IMG/VR virus record: IMGVR_UViG_3300031920_000199 | Direction: 5' to 3' (one strand) | DNA: 64,000 nucleotides | Origin: a virus | Shown here: positions 29,541-39,630 of the stretch, in pieces | Layout of the letters: each line of letters begins with the position of its first letter | Numbering within the stretch: position 1 is the first letter of the stretch | Program-made: the position numbers and the translations under genes | Notes under the pieces: generated by a model | Databases searched by the model: none | Told to the model about the DNA's origin: nothing | What the model saw: the letters and a program-made list of their open reading frames with translations, nothing else

Positions 29541-29569
29541 AAGGGGTAGCCCTGTTGGCTACCCCTCTT
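29541..29569. terminator. Hairpin between convergent operons (probable bidirectional terminator)
   Basis: AGGGGTAGCC-CTGTT-GGCTACCCCT. Confidence 0.75.
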
Positions 29570-29639
29570 CCACAGTTTCTTATTCAGAAAGAGTGGGCCA
29601 TGCTATATAAACGCAAAGAAGAAAGAAGCTTTTTTTAGC

Positions 29640-30374
29640 TTACAGCGGCCAAGGAACACCAATATTCTTGGTTGGCTGAACGAACGAGCCCTTCAGATCA
29701 ACAGGATTGACCTTCTCGAACTGAGCATTCACACCTTCAGCAATAATTACACTGTTAGCATTAACGTTAAACTGGTGCGCCTGCAGATATACATTGCTTA
29801 GGTACACCGCGCCATACGGCTTCTGATCACCAGTGGCCAGCCACATCATGATACCGAGAGGCTTGTCGAAGAGATCCGACGCAAGGTTGATAAAGAAGTC
29901 CGTGTTATTCTCTCTCGATCCACCGCCAGAAGATCCAGGAGCATCATAGATATTCGGAGTTCTGTTCGGATCATCGAGAACACCATTCTGGTCAGCATTG
30001 TGGATATCCTGCGCACCCATCCGATCGGACGGATAGTAGGCATACATCACACGCAACAGAGACGGACCATGGAATAGTACACGCCCAAATGTCAGAGAGT
30101 TGATCGTTCGGCCAGGAAGGAAATACGGTCTATTAGATCCAACCTCAAAAATAGTTTGAAGACCTTTATTTTGCCCAATACCGACGTTGTCAACAACACC
30201 GATCGGGTACAGTGAATTCCAGTTTGCCCCAATGTCTTCCTTCCTCGGGGGACCAGCTGCGATTAAAACGCTCTTCGCGCTTATGAACTCGTGACCCTGA
30301 ATATTGTCCTGGACATGCTGTGTCGCAAATTGCCAGTCATTTATACCTTCAGTGGTTTCTGGACTAACAGCCAT
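29640..30374 (-). CDS. Tail tube protein
   Basis: Follows sheath; IGVVDNVGIGQNKGLQTIFEVGSNRPYFLPG pattern of contractile-tail tubes. Confidence 0.78.
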   Translation of the reverse strand: MAVSPETTEGINDWQFATQHVQDNIQGHEFISAKSVLIAAGPPRKEDIGANWNSLYPIGVVDNVGIGQNKGLQTIFEVGSNRPYFLPGRTINSLTFGRVLFHGPSLLRVMYAYYPSDRMGAQDIHNADQNGVLDDPNRTPNIYDAPGSSGGGSRENNTDFFINLASDLFDKPLGIMMWLATGDQKPYGAVYLSNVYLQAHQFNVNANSVIIAEGVNAQFEKVNPVDLKGSFVQPTKNIGVPWPL

Positions 30375-30401
30375 CGTTATATCCTCCTAAATGGATTAAA
30401 T

Positions 30402-32720
30402 TTATACGATAATTTTAACCTTGATATAGTTACAAGGATACGGAACATCTACTTCACACTCAACGATGATCTGATCCTTCTGGTTCTCGTCCTGGTAGAT
30501 CTTCGTGACCTTACCATCTATCAATACGCCATCTGTAACCTGACGTGTCAAGACCGAGTCTGCTATCATGTTGATGTGTCTGATAAACTGTTCGGTAATG
30601 TTATTTTTACCGATGAACTTACGAAGCGTATCGCGCATGAACTTCGCTGTATGATCGATTACCTTCGTAATGCTCAGCTCGCGACGCTCGATTGTTGAGA
30701 CGTCAGTTGATATCTGCATTCTGCAGTACGGAGCCACTTCTGGTTCATCCTGCGAAATGATATATGTTCCACCGCCAGCCATAATGTCAAGCTGTGTTGG
30801 TGAGAAGTAACGGTTACCGTAGAGAATTTCCCGAACATCAACCATTGGCTGATTCGTGTGAGGAATCTCTGGATCCCACTCGTTTACCTGACCAACAACA
30901 ACAGATCCCTGGAAGTATCCATTAAGATTCGCACGATCAATGACCACGTCGTCCCAATCAGTATAATCACTTAGGTAATTTGACGGCCATATATTATACA
31001 CACGGCGGCTTCCGAATGCAGCAGAGTAGGATGCGACATGTTCTGCCTGACCAGTCTTGTCAAGTGGCTTCGTCTCAACTACGAATTCCAGCGATACTTG
31101 GCTTCCTGTAAGTCCAGGAGACACGAGTGTAACCTGCGTATCACTGTCAATTCTAAGGATCCGAGCACTGGTTTCGTCTGCTAAAACGATATAGTCTCCA
31201 ACAAGGACACCAGATGTATTGAAGTTTGATCCAGCGGACGAGAATACCAGACCGCTCGTATCTGTGACACCATCTACGTTCACCAACTTCTCTGTCTTGA
31301 TATACAGAGGGCTGTTGATAAAGCAGATACGCTCGTGCTTAGAGTACATATCGCTCTGGGATGAAACATGAGCAGCCCACAGCTGATTGACTTCTGCGTC
31401 CTGAGAGAGAATACTCAGAGCATAGACCTCTTCTGACTCGAGAAACTCAGCTGCTACGCTATGAGCCTCTGAAGTATCTGCAGATACACAAGTAACGTAG
31501 AATGGTCGATCCGTTACCTGGGCAGTCAGGAATGCCGCATACGCAACCTCGTTCTCTGGATGAATCAATCCGACTTTTGCCTCGATGTCGTTACCGTTAT
31601 TGATTGTAACCAGCGACCCTACATTATCTGTTCTGAGGGCCTTGTAGCTAACAAGGATGTCGCCAGTCATCTCATTGTTGATATCGACGACATTGTATAC
31701 CTGGGCACCAGAGGAAGCCAACTTGCGATCGACCCGATAGTTAATTCCAGTGGCCGTCGCTGTCATATTCGTGTCGAGCTTAAGATTATTAGAATCGGTA
31801 ACCTCAATGACTCCATACTGACCTGCGTCAGCTCCACTCTCGATAACAACAACATCTCCTATCGTTAGACCAAGAGTATTGAAGTCGACTGTAGCATCAG
31901 TGAATACTTCACTCGTTGCCAATGTCTGTCCATTTAAATCAGACTCGACTCTTGACATATCAACTTCTAACTGCTTGTCACTCAAGATCTTATCAATCTT
32001 GTAGTCACCAGCATCGATACCAGTGATTATTCTTATAAACATCCCAGGCACAACGCCGTCATCCAGGAAGTCACCGCTGTTGTCAGCAAAGACAGATACG
32101 TCAGCACCAACACGGTAATCAAGAGCCGTATCTCCAGTGAATCCCGTGAATCCCGTCCATGCAGTTGCCTTGACAGTCAACTGAGTTTCGCTATCAACAG
32201 ATTCGATCTCGTATACACCAGCGTCTAAGCCAGCGCCCATGATCGTAAGTCTTTGCCCAACAACAACTCCACTCGTTATGAATGTAGCCGTTCCATCTGA
32301 GAATATTCTTGTTGCCGCCGTTGTAACGCCATTTCCAGCATTTATCGGCTGGTATGTATTTACTGTGGTAGTTATTCCAGTCGTTGCAGCATCAGTAACA
32401 TCCCTCTGAACTGTAATGTTTGACTCGACATTGACTGAATCGGCATCTGCCGTAAAGTCTGTCGGAGAAACATCAAACTTTCCAAGGAGGTTTTCTAATG
32501 CGACCATAACGCTTGCAGTATCAATCACAGCTCCAGATGTAAGGAGTGGATATGAATACTCTGTCGCGCTTCCGTCGTATGCTCCTGCATTCTGTTGGTA
32601 TTCCAGCTGACGATTAATACCAACTATGCACGCAACTAGAGCTGGCACAGCTAGTGTTGCCTGCTCTTCCTCGAATACCTGTTCCACAAAAGCATCTGGT
32701 TTCGGTATCTGCGTTCCCAT
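30402..32720 (-). CDS. Tail sheath protein
   Basis: 772 aa; N-terminal PDAFVEQ, C-terminal RELSITKVIDHTAKFMRDTLRKFIGKNNIT...VPYPCNYIKVKIIV typical of sheaths. Confidence 0.9.
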   Translation of the reverse strand: MGTQIPKPDAFVEQVFEEEQATLAVPALVACIVGINRQLEYQQNAGAYDGSATEYSYPLLTSGAVIDTASVMVALENLLGKFDVSPTDFTADADSVNVESNITVQRDVTDAATTGITTTVNTYQPINAGNGVTTAATRIFSDGTATFITSGVVVGQRLTIMGAGLDAGVYEIESVDSETQLTVKATAWTGFTGFTGDTALDYRVGADVSVFADNSGDFLDDGVVPGMFIRIITGIDAGDYKIDKILSDKQLEVDMSRVESDLNGQTLATSEVFTDATVDFNTLGLTIGDVVVIESGADAGQYGVIEVTDSNNLKLDTNMTATATGINYRVDRKLASSGAQVYNVVDINNEMTGDILVSYKALRTDNVGSLVTINNGNDIEAKVGLIHPENEVAYAAFLTAQVTDRPFYVTCVSADTSEAHSVAAEFLESEEVYALSILSQDAEVNQLWAAHVSSQSDMYSKHERICFINSPLYIKTEKLVNVDGVTDTSGLVFSSAGSNFNTSGVLVGDYIVLADETSARILRIDSDTQVTLVSPGLTGSQVSLEFVVETKPLDKTGQAEHVASYSAAFGSRRVYNIWPSNYLSDYTDWDDVVIDRANLNGYFQGSVVVGQVNEWDPEIPHTNQPMVDVREILYGNRYFSPTQLDIMAGGGTYIISQDEPEVAPYCRMQISTDVSTIERRELSITKVIDHTAKFMRDTLRKFIGKNNITEQFIRHINMIADSVLTRQVTDGVLIDGKVTKIYQDENQKDQIIVECEVDVPYPCNYIKVKIIV

Positions 32721-32737
32721 CTTAATCTCCTAATAAA

Positions 32738-33370
32738 TTATGGATCTGTGTAGTATTCTTCTGCTTGCTTCCCGCTAGGCAGTTTGCCTCCATAGTTAAT
32801 ACTTATTCCAAAACTATTTACAAGTACTCCCTCTGGTGTAACCTTCCATGAATTTTTGAGGTATAATCCTATAATCACTGGAACCACAGACAAATCTATC
32901 TGCGAATCAGAAGATACAATGGCCTCCTCTCCAATCGATACTGAAGCGACATCGAATATCTCTTTCAATGATTTCAGCTCGTGAGAGAAGAATTGTATGC
33001 ATTGAAACACAACAGATGCCAGGAACTCAGCTTCCAGGCCATTCCTCGAAAAGCAGTTTATTCTCAAAGAAGTCGACAGGAGGTCAGAATATGACTTGGC
33101 TCCTGTCTTCCAATCCATGCTTGAGAACTGATCTATGGCAATCTTCTGCCACTGTATCGGTGCCCTGGACAATATAAGAGCAGGTCGTTTTTCGACCTCT
33201 TCCAGGTTCTCCGTATTTGAATCCATGATAAGTATTTTTGTAAGCGTGGTATCTAACTGCCACAGAAAATCATTTCCGAGCTTACCGTTTGTTCCGTACA
33301 ACTCCTCCTGGCCAAATAGCCTCTGGAGAAACTCTAGAATTCTGTCCTTTACGACATCTGTATATATCAT
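32738..33370 (-). CDS. Tail terminator / sheath stabiliser-like protein
   Basis: Upstream of sheath; KRPALILSR..INCFSRNGLEAEFLAS pattern. Confidence 0.6.
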   Translation of the reverse strand: MIYTDVVKDRILEFLQRLFGQEELYGTNGKLGNDFLWQLDTTLTKILIMDSNTENLEEVEKRPALILSRAPIQWQKIAIDQFSSMDWKTGAKSYSDLLSTSLRINCFSRNGLEAEFLASVVFQCIQFFSHELKSLKEIFDVASVSIGEEAIVSSDSQIDLSVVPVIIGLYLKNSWKVTPEGVLVNSFGISINYGGKLPSGKQAEEYYTDP

Positions 33371-33708
33371 TAATATCTCGAGTGTACATTGTTTTGCCCA
33401 TAGACATTATTTGATGACAATGTCGTCTGTTTAATAACGTCCTTTGCATTCTTTGACAATGCTGGCTTTCTAAGAGCCAAACCAAACAACGTACCAATAG
33501 AAGCTCCAGCGAGTGGGCCACCAACATAAGCAGTTTTCTTACCAGCTTTTGCAGCAGCCTGAAGTAATTTCTGTATTGTCGTTCCAGCCTTCTTCGCGGC
33601 AAGACCACCACCAGTAGCACCAAGAAGTAGACCTATAAATGCAGGGTCCTTAAGGATAGAGTCTTCTGCTGTTTTAATCTCTTCTCTAAATCCATGCATG
33701 CAGTTCAT
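33370..33708 (-). CDS. Small K-x-A-motif virion-associated protein
   Basis: MNCMHGFREEIKTAE leader followed by Gly/Ala/Lys-rich helices. Confidence 0.6.
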   Translation of the reverse strand: MNCMHGFREEIKTAEDSILKDPAFIGLLLGATGGGLAAKKAGTTIQKLLQAAAKAGKKTAYVGGPLAGASIGTLFGLALRKPALSKNAKDVIKQTTLSSNNVYGQNNVHSRY

Positions 33709-34133
33709 CTTTTTTGCCTTATCTGAACGCCAGGATACTCTTGCTCAACTTTTAACATGCCAGCCTCGACATATTTTTTAGCTGTTATCCCAGCATGTTT
33801 CCATTTACCATTCAAGAACGATCTTAGTGTTGCCTTCCTATATATGATCTTTCCACCTACATTGATCGGGACTACCTTGCCAAGCAAATACCACATAATG
33901 TGAGCTGGCTTTCCATCGTTCTGAGTTTCCGCATAACCAAGATCAGACGTTATGTAAATAAAGCTTCCTACTGTATATGCTCTTATGCTGTCTCTCAGTT
34001 TACCAGTAGGAGATTTGAATATACCAGCCGTCATGTAATCTTTTATATTCTTCGTTGCCTTCTGGGCAATGTCGCCTGATTCATGCAGTCCTATTGGCGC
34101 ACCATTCTTGGTTATCTCGAAGACCTTTATCAT
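33705..34133 (-). CDS. Neck / tail completion protein (HK97 gp10-like)
   Basis: PTGKLRDSIRAY, YAETQNDG motifs; synteny. Confidence 0.6.
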   Translation of the reverse strand: MIKVFEITKNGAPIGLHESGDIAQKATKNIKDYMTAGIFKSPTGKLRDSIRAYTVGSFIYITSDLGYAETQNDGKPAHIMWYLLGKVVPINVGGKIIYRKATLRSFLNGKWKHAGITAKKYVEAGMLKVEQEYPGVQIRQKR

Positions 34134-34315
34134 TTTTTCATCAGCTTGCCGACTAAGGTCTTCTTGGATCCAGTCAACATCTTATGTACTTTCAATCCAC
34201 CAGCAAGACCAGCACCAGCAAATAGTAGTTTTCTAATTCCGCTTATAGTATCCTTCTGCTTTTGCGCCCTATTGTGCTCATACAGAATAATGTCCATTCT
34301 AGTAGGACGAGACAT
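34130..34315 (-). CDS. Small Gly-rich basic protein
   Basis: 61 aa, overlapping neighbours. Confidence 0.5.
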   Translation of the reverse strand: MSRPTRMDIILYEHNRAQKQKDTISGIRKLLFAGAGLAGGLKVHKMLTGSKKTLVGKLMKK

Positions 34316-34536
34316 TATACTTTACCAATCTTTAGCTTAGCATTAATTGTGTTAAGCTGATCTACCGTAGCGACTGCCTTCTCTTTTCCGCCAACAGCTC
34401 GGTCCATAGCGTTTAGCATGTTGCTATTTACGCTCTTACTTCCGAACCTACTCTGCGCATACTGCTTGTACTCACGAACGCTCATTTTCCGTTCACCATT
34501 TACGGACGCCATTTTTTCATAATTTTCTTGCGACAT
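34315..34536 (-). CDS. Small K-x-A-motif protein
   Basis: MSQENYEKMASV; 73 aa. Confidence 0.55.
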   Translation of the reverse strand: MSQENYEKMASVNGERKMSVREYKQYAQSRFGSKSVNSNMLNAMDRAVGGKEKAVATVDQLNTINAKLKIGKV

Positions 34537-34559
34537 AATATGTTCCTTTCAGCTATTTA

Positions 34560-34700
34560 CTAATCGTCTTCTTTTCTCTTATTACCAATGTTTGATGCGG
34601 CAGAAGCCAATGCAAGGCTAAGTTGTCCAGCAACCTGAGCTGGCTGCGTTGCCTTTTGCCGATTGGTTTCAAGCTCATATTCTGATCGCTCCTGCTTCAT
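34560..34700 (-). CDS. Small hypothetical protein (46 aa)
   Basis: Start revised to MKQERSEY after AAAGGATAGG. Confidence 0.4.
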   Translation of the reverse strand: MKQERSEYELETNRQKATQPAQVAGQLSLALASAASNIGNKRKEDD

Positions 34701-34701
34701 C

Positions 34702-35058
34702 CTATCCTTTTTGCAAAGTGTCAAGTTTACTCGATCCAACGCCAATACCAGCGCCAAGCAATGAACCAATTAGCATTCCTTTTTTCCTATTCATTCTGTA
34801 TGGCCTAAAGAATTTGTGTTTTTTAATAGCGCCTTCAAGGGCAAGAGAAGCCTTAAGGGCAGCTGGTCTTGATTTTTTATATCTTAACAGGGCACTAACC
34901 AATGCGCGAGCCTTGAGAACCTTCCTTCCTTGCTTCCCAGTCATCTCTCCAACTTTCTTTCCAGCAAGCCCACCAGTAGCACCATAGGCAGATCCATAGA
35001 AGATATCTTTCTTGCTTAACAGTGGTTTATTTTTATTATCTCTTTTATTCTTTGCCAT
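34702..35058 (-). CDS. Highly basic Gly-rich protein
   Basis: 118 aa; two GxxxG-rich hydrophobic segments. Confidence 0.6.
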   Translation of the reverse strand: MAKNKRDNKNKPLLSKKDIFYGSAYGATGGLAGKKVGEMTGKQGRKVLKARALVSALLRYKKSRPAALKASLALEGAIKKHKFFRPYRMNRKKGMLIGSLLGAGIGVGSSKLDTLQKG

Positions 35059-35060
35059 TA

Positions 35061-35882
35061 CTACGCTCCTTGGTTTGTAATTGAGGCAGATCTCTTTGTT
35101 ATATTTGGAACTTCGTCTGTCAATCCAACATATGGTAGTTCATACTCTATGTCAGAATGGTTTACTCTTTTTAATTGCAACATTTGATGAACAGGTATCC
35201 TTCTCTTCTCAGTTTGACTCTGCTGAACAACCCTCCACCGCTTTGTCCCAGATTCTATAACAATGTCTTTTGGGCTTAGAAGTGGATAATTGCTCATCCA
35301 TGCTGCTATGTTATCAGGCTGAAGTTCAAAGCCAGCCTGTTGTATCATCTTCTGTGACGGATTGAAGTTTACCCTTGTAGCAATCGGACCAAAGTATCCA
35401 TTCACAAATCCACCGTTGAAGCATACTGGGCAGTTGGATATCCGCTTCCTCATTTTAATGTAATCAAAGCAGTTCGTACAATACTGACCGTATGTCTTGA
35501 TCAAGTATGCTTCGCAGAGTGCCCCAACTTTCTTTCTAAGCAGTAGATCGTTTCTTCTTATGATCTCTGCAGCCTCAAGATCTGGTTTTTCTGGTAACCA
35601 GGCTGAGCTCGAATCCTTGTAGTTATCTGTATCCGCGGTCTCAAATGCCCTTATTATATAAAAGAACTTTCGGTACTTATTTTTTAGGCTGACGTCCGCA
35701 TCATGATAAACGAACTTGTCAACAAGATCTATGATCGGGTTAAATGGACCCTCTGGAGATAGAGACCGCATAACCCTAAAGGTATAGTTGGAAACATCTT
35801 CCGTAGTTGGCTTAATCTTCCAGCTAACCGTAAGATATTTGAGGTTATAGAAATCGACTTCGACATTATATGTATCGAGCAT
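35061..35882 (-). CDS. Head closure / neck protein with Zn motif
   Basis: CTNC..CPVC..GGFVNGYF, PLLSPKDIVIE..RWRV; synteny. Confidence 0.55.
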   Translation of the reverse strand: MLDTYNVEVDFYNLKYLTVSWKIKPTTEDVSNYTFRVMRSLSPEGPFNPIIDLVDKFVYHDADVSLKNKYRKFFYIIRAFETADTDNYKDSSSAWLPEKPDLEAAEIIRRNDLLLRKKVGALCEAYLIKTYGQYCTNCFDYIKMRKRISNCPVCFNGGFVNGYFGPIATRVNFNPSQKMIQQAGFELQPDNIAAWMSNYPLLSPKDIVIESGTKRWRVVQQSQTEKRRIPVHQMLQLKRVNHSDIEYELPYVGLTDEVPNITKRSASITNQGA

Positions 35883-35887
35883 AACAT

Positions 35888-36388
35888 CTATTTCCCTCTT
35901 CTACTGCCAAACATATAACCACCACCACCAACAGAACCAACAGCTGCAGCGCCGCCGAGACCCTTTTTAAGAGTGCTAAATCGTTTTGAAACAGCAATAT
36001 CCTTGGCAACACCAAGAGCACCCTTGACTCCCATCTTCTTATTACCAAAGCTAATCGCCTTACCACCTTCAACAGCCTGGCGTCCGAACTTCTTTCCAGC
36101 GGAAAGAACCTTGCTTCCGATTCCCTTAACAATAGAACCAATGGCAGCATCCTTTTCTACTTCGCTTCTGAAACCTCTCATTATATGTTTATTCATAATA
36201 AAATCTCCTGCAACTTTTTCTGGTAAACCTTTGTGTTTTGTCGTGGCAAATCCACGAATATCTTTTGCTGTCATCGACTTAGCCATCTGTCTTGCTGGAC
36301 CAAGAAGTTTAGACTTTGGTATATCACCCTTCTTGGCGGCATATGCCATTCCCATGGCCCTCTGCTGACTCTTACTAACTGACGGCAT
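35888..36388 (-). CDS. DUF3008-like N-terminal domain fused to a K-x-A linker and cationic Gly-rich tail
   Basis: MPSVSKSQQRAMGMAYAAKKG...MAKSMTAKDIRGFATTKHKGLPEKV matches the DUF3008 pattern (recalled); start revised to 36388. Confidence 0.65.
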   Translation of the reverse strand: MPSVSKSQQRAMGMAYAAKKGDIPKSKLLGPARQMAKSMTAKDIRGFATTKHKGLPEKVAGDFIMNKHIMRGFRSEVEKDAAIGSIVKGIGSKVLSAGKKFGRQAVEGGKAISFGNKKMGVKGALGVAKDIAVSKRFSTLKKGLGGAAAVGSVGGGGYMFGSRRGK

Positions 36389-36402
36389 TACTGTCTCCCA
36401 GA

Positions 36403-36870
36403 TCAAATTGTTGAGTATTCAGAAGGAACACCGCCCCACCCATTTGCTATATTGATTGTTCTTTTAATCTGGATCTTTTTTGTCTCATAATTTCTTACAA
36501 ACATATTTATCCATTGAGAATACTCATTAGCCTTGTCTGATGTCGCCACGTGGATACCGCCGTCATTATAATTCAATCTGTTTCTTGACATTAATATTCC
36601 AGCTGAGATCAGAATTTCAATGACAGCACCCTTTGTAAGCAAGTTTCTACTTGGGTGAGTATCAAATGTTACAGGAGCTATTGGTGGGGGTGTTGTATTC
36701 CAATCATCCAAAGAATCCTCAAGTGCCATTCTGACCTGAGAAGGAGATGACTCTTTTCCGTCAAGAAGCTGATTGACAGAGGCATCATCCCTAAGGAACT
36801 TAGTTACCCTCTGTATGAGGACATTTGGAACCTGAGGGATATCTTGAGGTGAAAGAGGAGTTTCGCTCAC
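36403..36870 (-). CDS. Head-tail connector / adaptor
   Basis: Helical, 155 aa; two genes after the major capsid gene; RLNYNDGG motif. Confidence 0.6.
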   Translation of the reverse strand: MSETPLSPQDIPQVPNVLIQRVTKFLRDDASVNQLLDGKESSPSQVRMALEDSLDDWNTTPPPIAPVTFDTHPSRNLLTKGAVIEILISAGILMSRNRLNYNDGGIHVATSDKANEYSQWINMFVRNYETKKIQIKRTINIANGWGGVPSEYSTI

Positions 36871-37460
36871 GCCGACATAATCCTTTCAATTTCATCAACT
36901 ATCATATCAAGGCCTTTCTTGCGCGTTTTGATATCAACACCGATCTCATCTCCGACCTTACGTAGCTGCTCAAGATTCATTGTATCGAGCTGATCTTTAC
37001 CGAAAAATCCAGCTGGTTTACTTTCTATGAACATCAGAGCTTCTTTGCTTATAACTGGAGTAACAGCTGCAGTATCTTCAGTCTTTTCATCGGGAGCGTT
37101 TTCATTCTGTGGTTCTTCTGGTTCTTCTGGTTCTGTCGGTTCTGTTGAGGCAGGAACTTCTTCCTCTTGCGGTACTGGTGCTTCGACTTCCTCTTGAACT
37201 ACAGGAGCGTCAGTAACTGCAGGAGCGTCAGGGACTATAGGAGCGTCAGGGACAGGCACTGCTACTTCTTCCTTCTTCTCAGGTTTAACGTCATCGTCTC
37301 CGTGTATAACACCATCAATAGATATGGCTCTTGATCTCCATAGCCTCATGATGCCTTCATCAATTTCTGAATCGTCCATTGTGATCGTTCGTCCAGCTGT
37401 TAACATTCTGAACTTCGAAGACCCAACGTTTGTGAGCGCCTTTATCTTCTTCAGTGCCAT
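36867..37460 (-). CDS. Acidic Pro-rich protein with C-terminal Rho-N/HeH-like helix pair
   Basis: PDAP/EEP repeats; QLDTMNLEQLRKVGDEIGV; directly after the capsid gene. Confidence 0.55.
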   Translation of the reverse strand: MALKKIKALTNVGSSKFRMLTAGRTITMDDSEIDEGIMRLWRSRAISIDGVIHGDDDVKPEKKEEVAVPVPDAPIVPDAPAVTDAPVVQEEVEAPVPQEEEVPASTEPTEPEEPEEPQNENAPDEKTEDTAAVTPVISKEALMFIESKPAGFFGKDQLDTMNLEQLRKVGDEIGVDIKTRKKGLDMIVDEIERIMSA

Positions 37461-37495
37461 CGGATGTTCCCTTTCGAAATATTATAAATTCTTAG

Positions 37496-37533
37496 AAAAA
37501 AGACAGAGGAGAGGAATAATCCCCTCCCCTATC
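37496..37533 (-). terminator. Terminator after the major capsid gene
   Basis: Minus strand GGGGAGGGGA-TTAT-TCCTCTCCTC then GTCTTTTTT. Confidence 0.75.
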
Positions 37534-37549
37534 ATCACCATTTGTTGTA

Positions 37550-38440
37550 TTACGGAGTGGAGAGAACGATCTCGGCAGCGGCTTTAACATTGCCGATACC
37601 CATCGCGATATCTTCCCAACTCTGAAAACTGATAAGATTGGCGACTTTGTCCACCCAGAACTTCGTCTGGTTCAGGATAAAGAAGTTGCCAAGGAACTGC
37701 GGGGCTGTAAATCCGTAGAACCTACCTTCTGCTACGATATCGCCCTTGATCGTGGTGACAAGCTTGTAACCCAGAAGGGTATCATACTTGTAACCATCAA
37801 TCACTACTTCGCTTGCAACCTTATCACCAAAGGAATTTGCATCCCAAGCGAGAATATCACTGAAGTCATGCTGAGTCATCAGAATGACGTCCAGCTTCAG
37901 TTGCGCGCTCGTGATAACACGAGACAGAGCGGAGATGCCAGTCTTTTCGACTGTTGTATCAGAGATCGTCTGGGTCTGACCACTTGATGTGATCGCCATT
38001 GCCAGATAGTCCATGAAGCGACTATCTTCGATCTTCTGAATGTCCTTCACCGAGTTCTCTTCGATGATCTTCGTAATCGGCATGTCATAAGACAGAAGTT
38101 CCTGCTCTGTCTTCTGATACTTTTCAGAAGTGATGGTAAAGAAATAAACAGTATACCGCTCGCCATTGATATACCTTGCTTCTGGCTGACCTGCGAAAGA
38201 GATCGGCATTGCCTGGCTATCAGGTTCCTTATCAATGATTTTTACCAAGCCGTCGTGATCCTCAGACCGCTGGCAATCATCTTTTGTAACCATGACAGGT
38301 GGCATAATTCTGCGCGCAAACGATAGTTCGCGAAGCTTCTGGCGCACAAATGCACCGCCAGCTTCAGCAAGTTTCGCCCGTTCCTCTGGATTGTCCAGAG
38401 AGGCGCGGAAAAGATCATTAAGAATAGATGCGTTTTCCAT
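37550..38440 (-). CDS. Major capsid protein (HK97 fold)
   Basis: 296 aa; FVRQKLRELSFARRIMPP, KDIQKIEDSRF, YDTLLGYKLVTTIK; follows decoration and scaffold genes; own terminator. Confidence 0.82.
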   Translation of the reverse strand: MENASILNDLFRASLDNPEERAKLAEAGGAFVRQKLRELSFARRIMPPVMVTKDDCQRSEDHDGLVKIIDKEPDSQAMPISFAGQPEARYINGERYTVYFFTITSEKYQKTEQELLSYDMPITKIIEENSVKDIQKIEDSRFMDYLAMAITSSGQTQTISDTTVEKTGISALSRVITSAQLKLDVILMTQHDFSDILAWDANSFGDKVASEVVIDGYKYDTLLGYKLVTTIKGDIVAEGRFYGFTAPQFLGNFFILNQTKFWVDKVANLISFQSWEDIAMGIGNVKAAAEIVLSTP

Positions 38441-38476
38441 TTACAAACCTCCTTTGGGGGGTTCAAAAGTTATTGT

Positions 38477-38920
38477 TTACAGACCAGCGACCACGACAGG
38501 AACGTCGATTGCATACTTCAGCTTACCATCAACAGGTGCGCCGAGGCAACGCCCAACGATAATATCTGAGCCGTCAGTACCATTAACAACTTTACCACTC
38601 TCAATTTTAAGAGCAGTATCGAGTGCATATGTACCACCGACGTTATAACCATCGATACCAACTTCGACGATCAGCTTGCCGTACACACCCGTGAGCGAAC
38701 CCGTGGGCAGACTTGCACTTGCATCCAAAACATCAGGCCGTTCCATCCCTGCAAAGCAGAGAAAAACAAGCCGATGCGCATTCGTAGCTACGATTGCTTT
38801 ACCACTGGAATCAAGAGAAAACCACATGCTGGTGCTAACAGCAACACCAGTTGCAGGCTCTCTATTTATTACGCCAGCTTTATCGTAGCCAGTTTCAATA
38901 TTGATGTACTTTTTTGCCAT
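38477..38920 (-). CDS. Capsid cement / decoration protein
   Basis: 147 aa, beta/Gly-rich, immediately upstream of the capsid gene. Confidence 0.6.
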   Translation of the reverse strand: MAKKYINIETGYDKAGVINREPATGVAVSTSMWFSLDSSGKAIVATNAHRLVFLCFAGMERPDVLDASASLPTGSLTGVYGKLIVEVGIDGYNVGGTYALDTALKIESGKVVNGTDGSDIIVGRCLGAPVDGKLKYAIDVPVVVAGL

Positions 38921-38923
38921 CGA

Positions 38924-39310
38924 TTAGCCTCCTTGGTTAGACATCAAAAACTCAGTTAACGGATCAGCATCTCCAATATCAATACTGGCCTGCTTAATAT
39001 TGCCAAGACCACTATTGACCAAGCGAGCGAGCTCCAACTCCTCCTTGGGTTTTTCTGCGCCTAACTTGATAATCGCATCAACCTTTTCAGAAATATCTGT
39101 TGAGTCGATTTCGCCCTCAGCTGCCAACTTACAGGCGAGTTCGTAGGCGTGGATTTTACTTTTAAGACCACTGTTCTCTTCTGCGGTCTTTTTTAATTCA
39201 TCAGCATTCTTGTCACGCTCTTCCGCAGTCTTTCGAAGCATACATGCTGCCTGCTTCATAACTTCCTTTGTATCAATATCCCCTAGAGGATGTTCGTTTT
39301 TTTCTGACAT
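38924..39310 (-). CDS. Scaffold-like coiled-coil protein (K-x-A-rich)
   Basis: Six K-x-A motifs in 128 aa; C-terminal DPLTEFL. Confidence 0.55.
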   Translation of the reverse strand: MSEKNEHPLGDIDTKEVMKQAACMLRKTAEERDKNADELKKTAEENSGLKSKIHAYELACKLAAEGEIDSTDISEKVDAIIKLGAEKPKEELELARLVNSGLGNIKQASIDIGDADPLTEFLMSNQGG

Positions 39311-39312
39311 TT

Positions 39313-39630
39313 TCAGCTCTCCCTAAAATGATTATGAAAACATTGGGAAGATATGCCAGACGAATCAATCTTCGACAGGGTATCAACGATAGTCGCTCCG
39401 ACTGCCATCTTCTTAAGACTATTACTTGCGACCTTCTCTGTTTGTGTATGATGTATACGATGTATATCTTCAGAAAGATGCTCAAGAATCCGAGCCATCT
39501 TCTCATTCTCATTAAGCTCATGCGTCTGTGGCTCTGGTTTTGCTTCAGCTATCTTTTGCTGGTCAACAGAATTAATAGCATCGCTTCCGAGGATGTCGTC
39601 CAATATCATCTGAATAGTTGGCATAATCAT
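39313..39630 (-). CDS. K-x-A-motif protein
   Basis: KIAE, KMAR, KVAS, KMAV. Confidence 0.6.
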   Translation of the reverse strand: MIMPTIQMILDDILGSDAINSVDQQKIAEAKPEPQTHELNENEKMARILEHLSEDIHRIHHTQTEKVASNSLKKMAVGATIVDTLSKIDSSGISSQCFHNHFRES

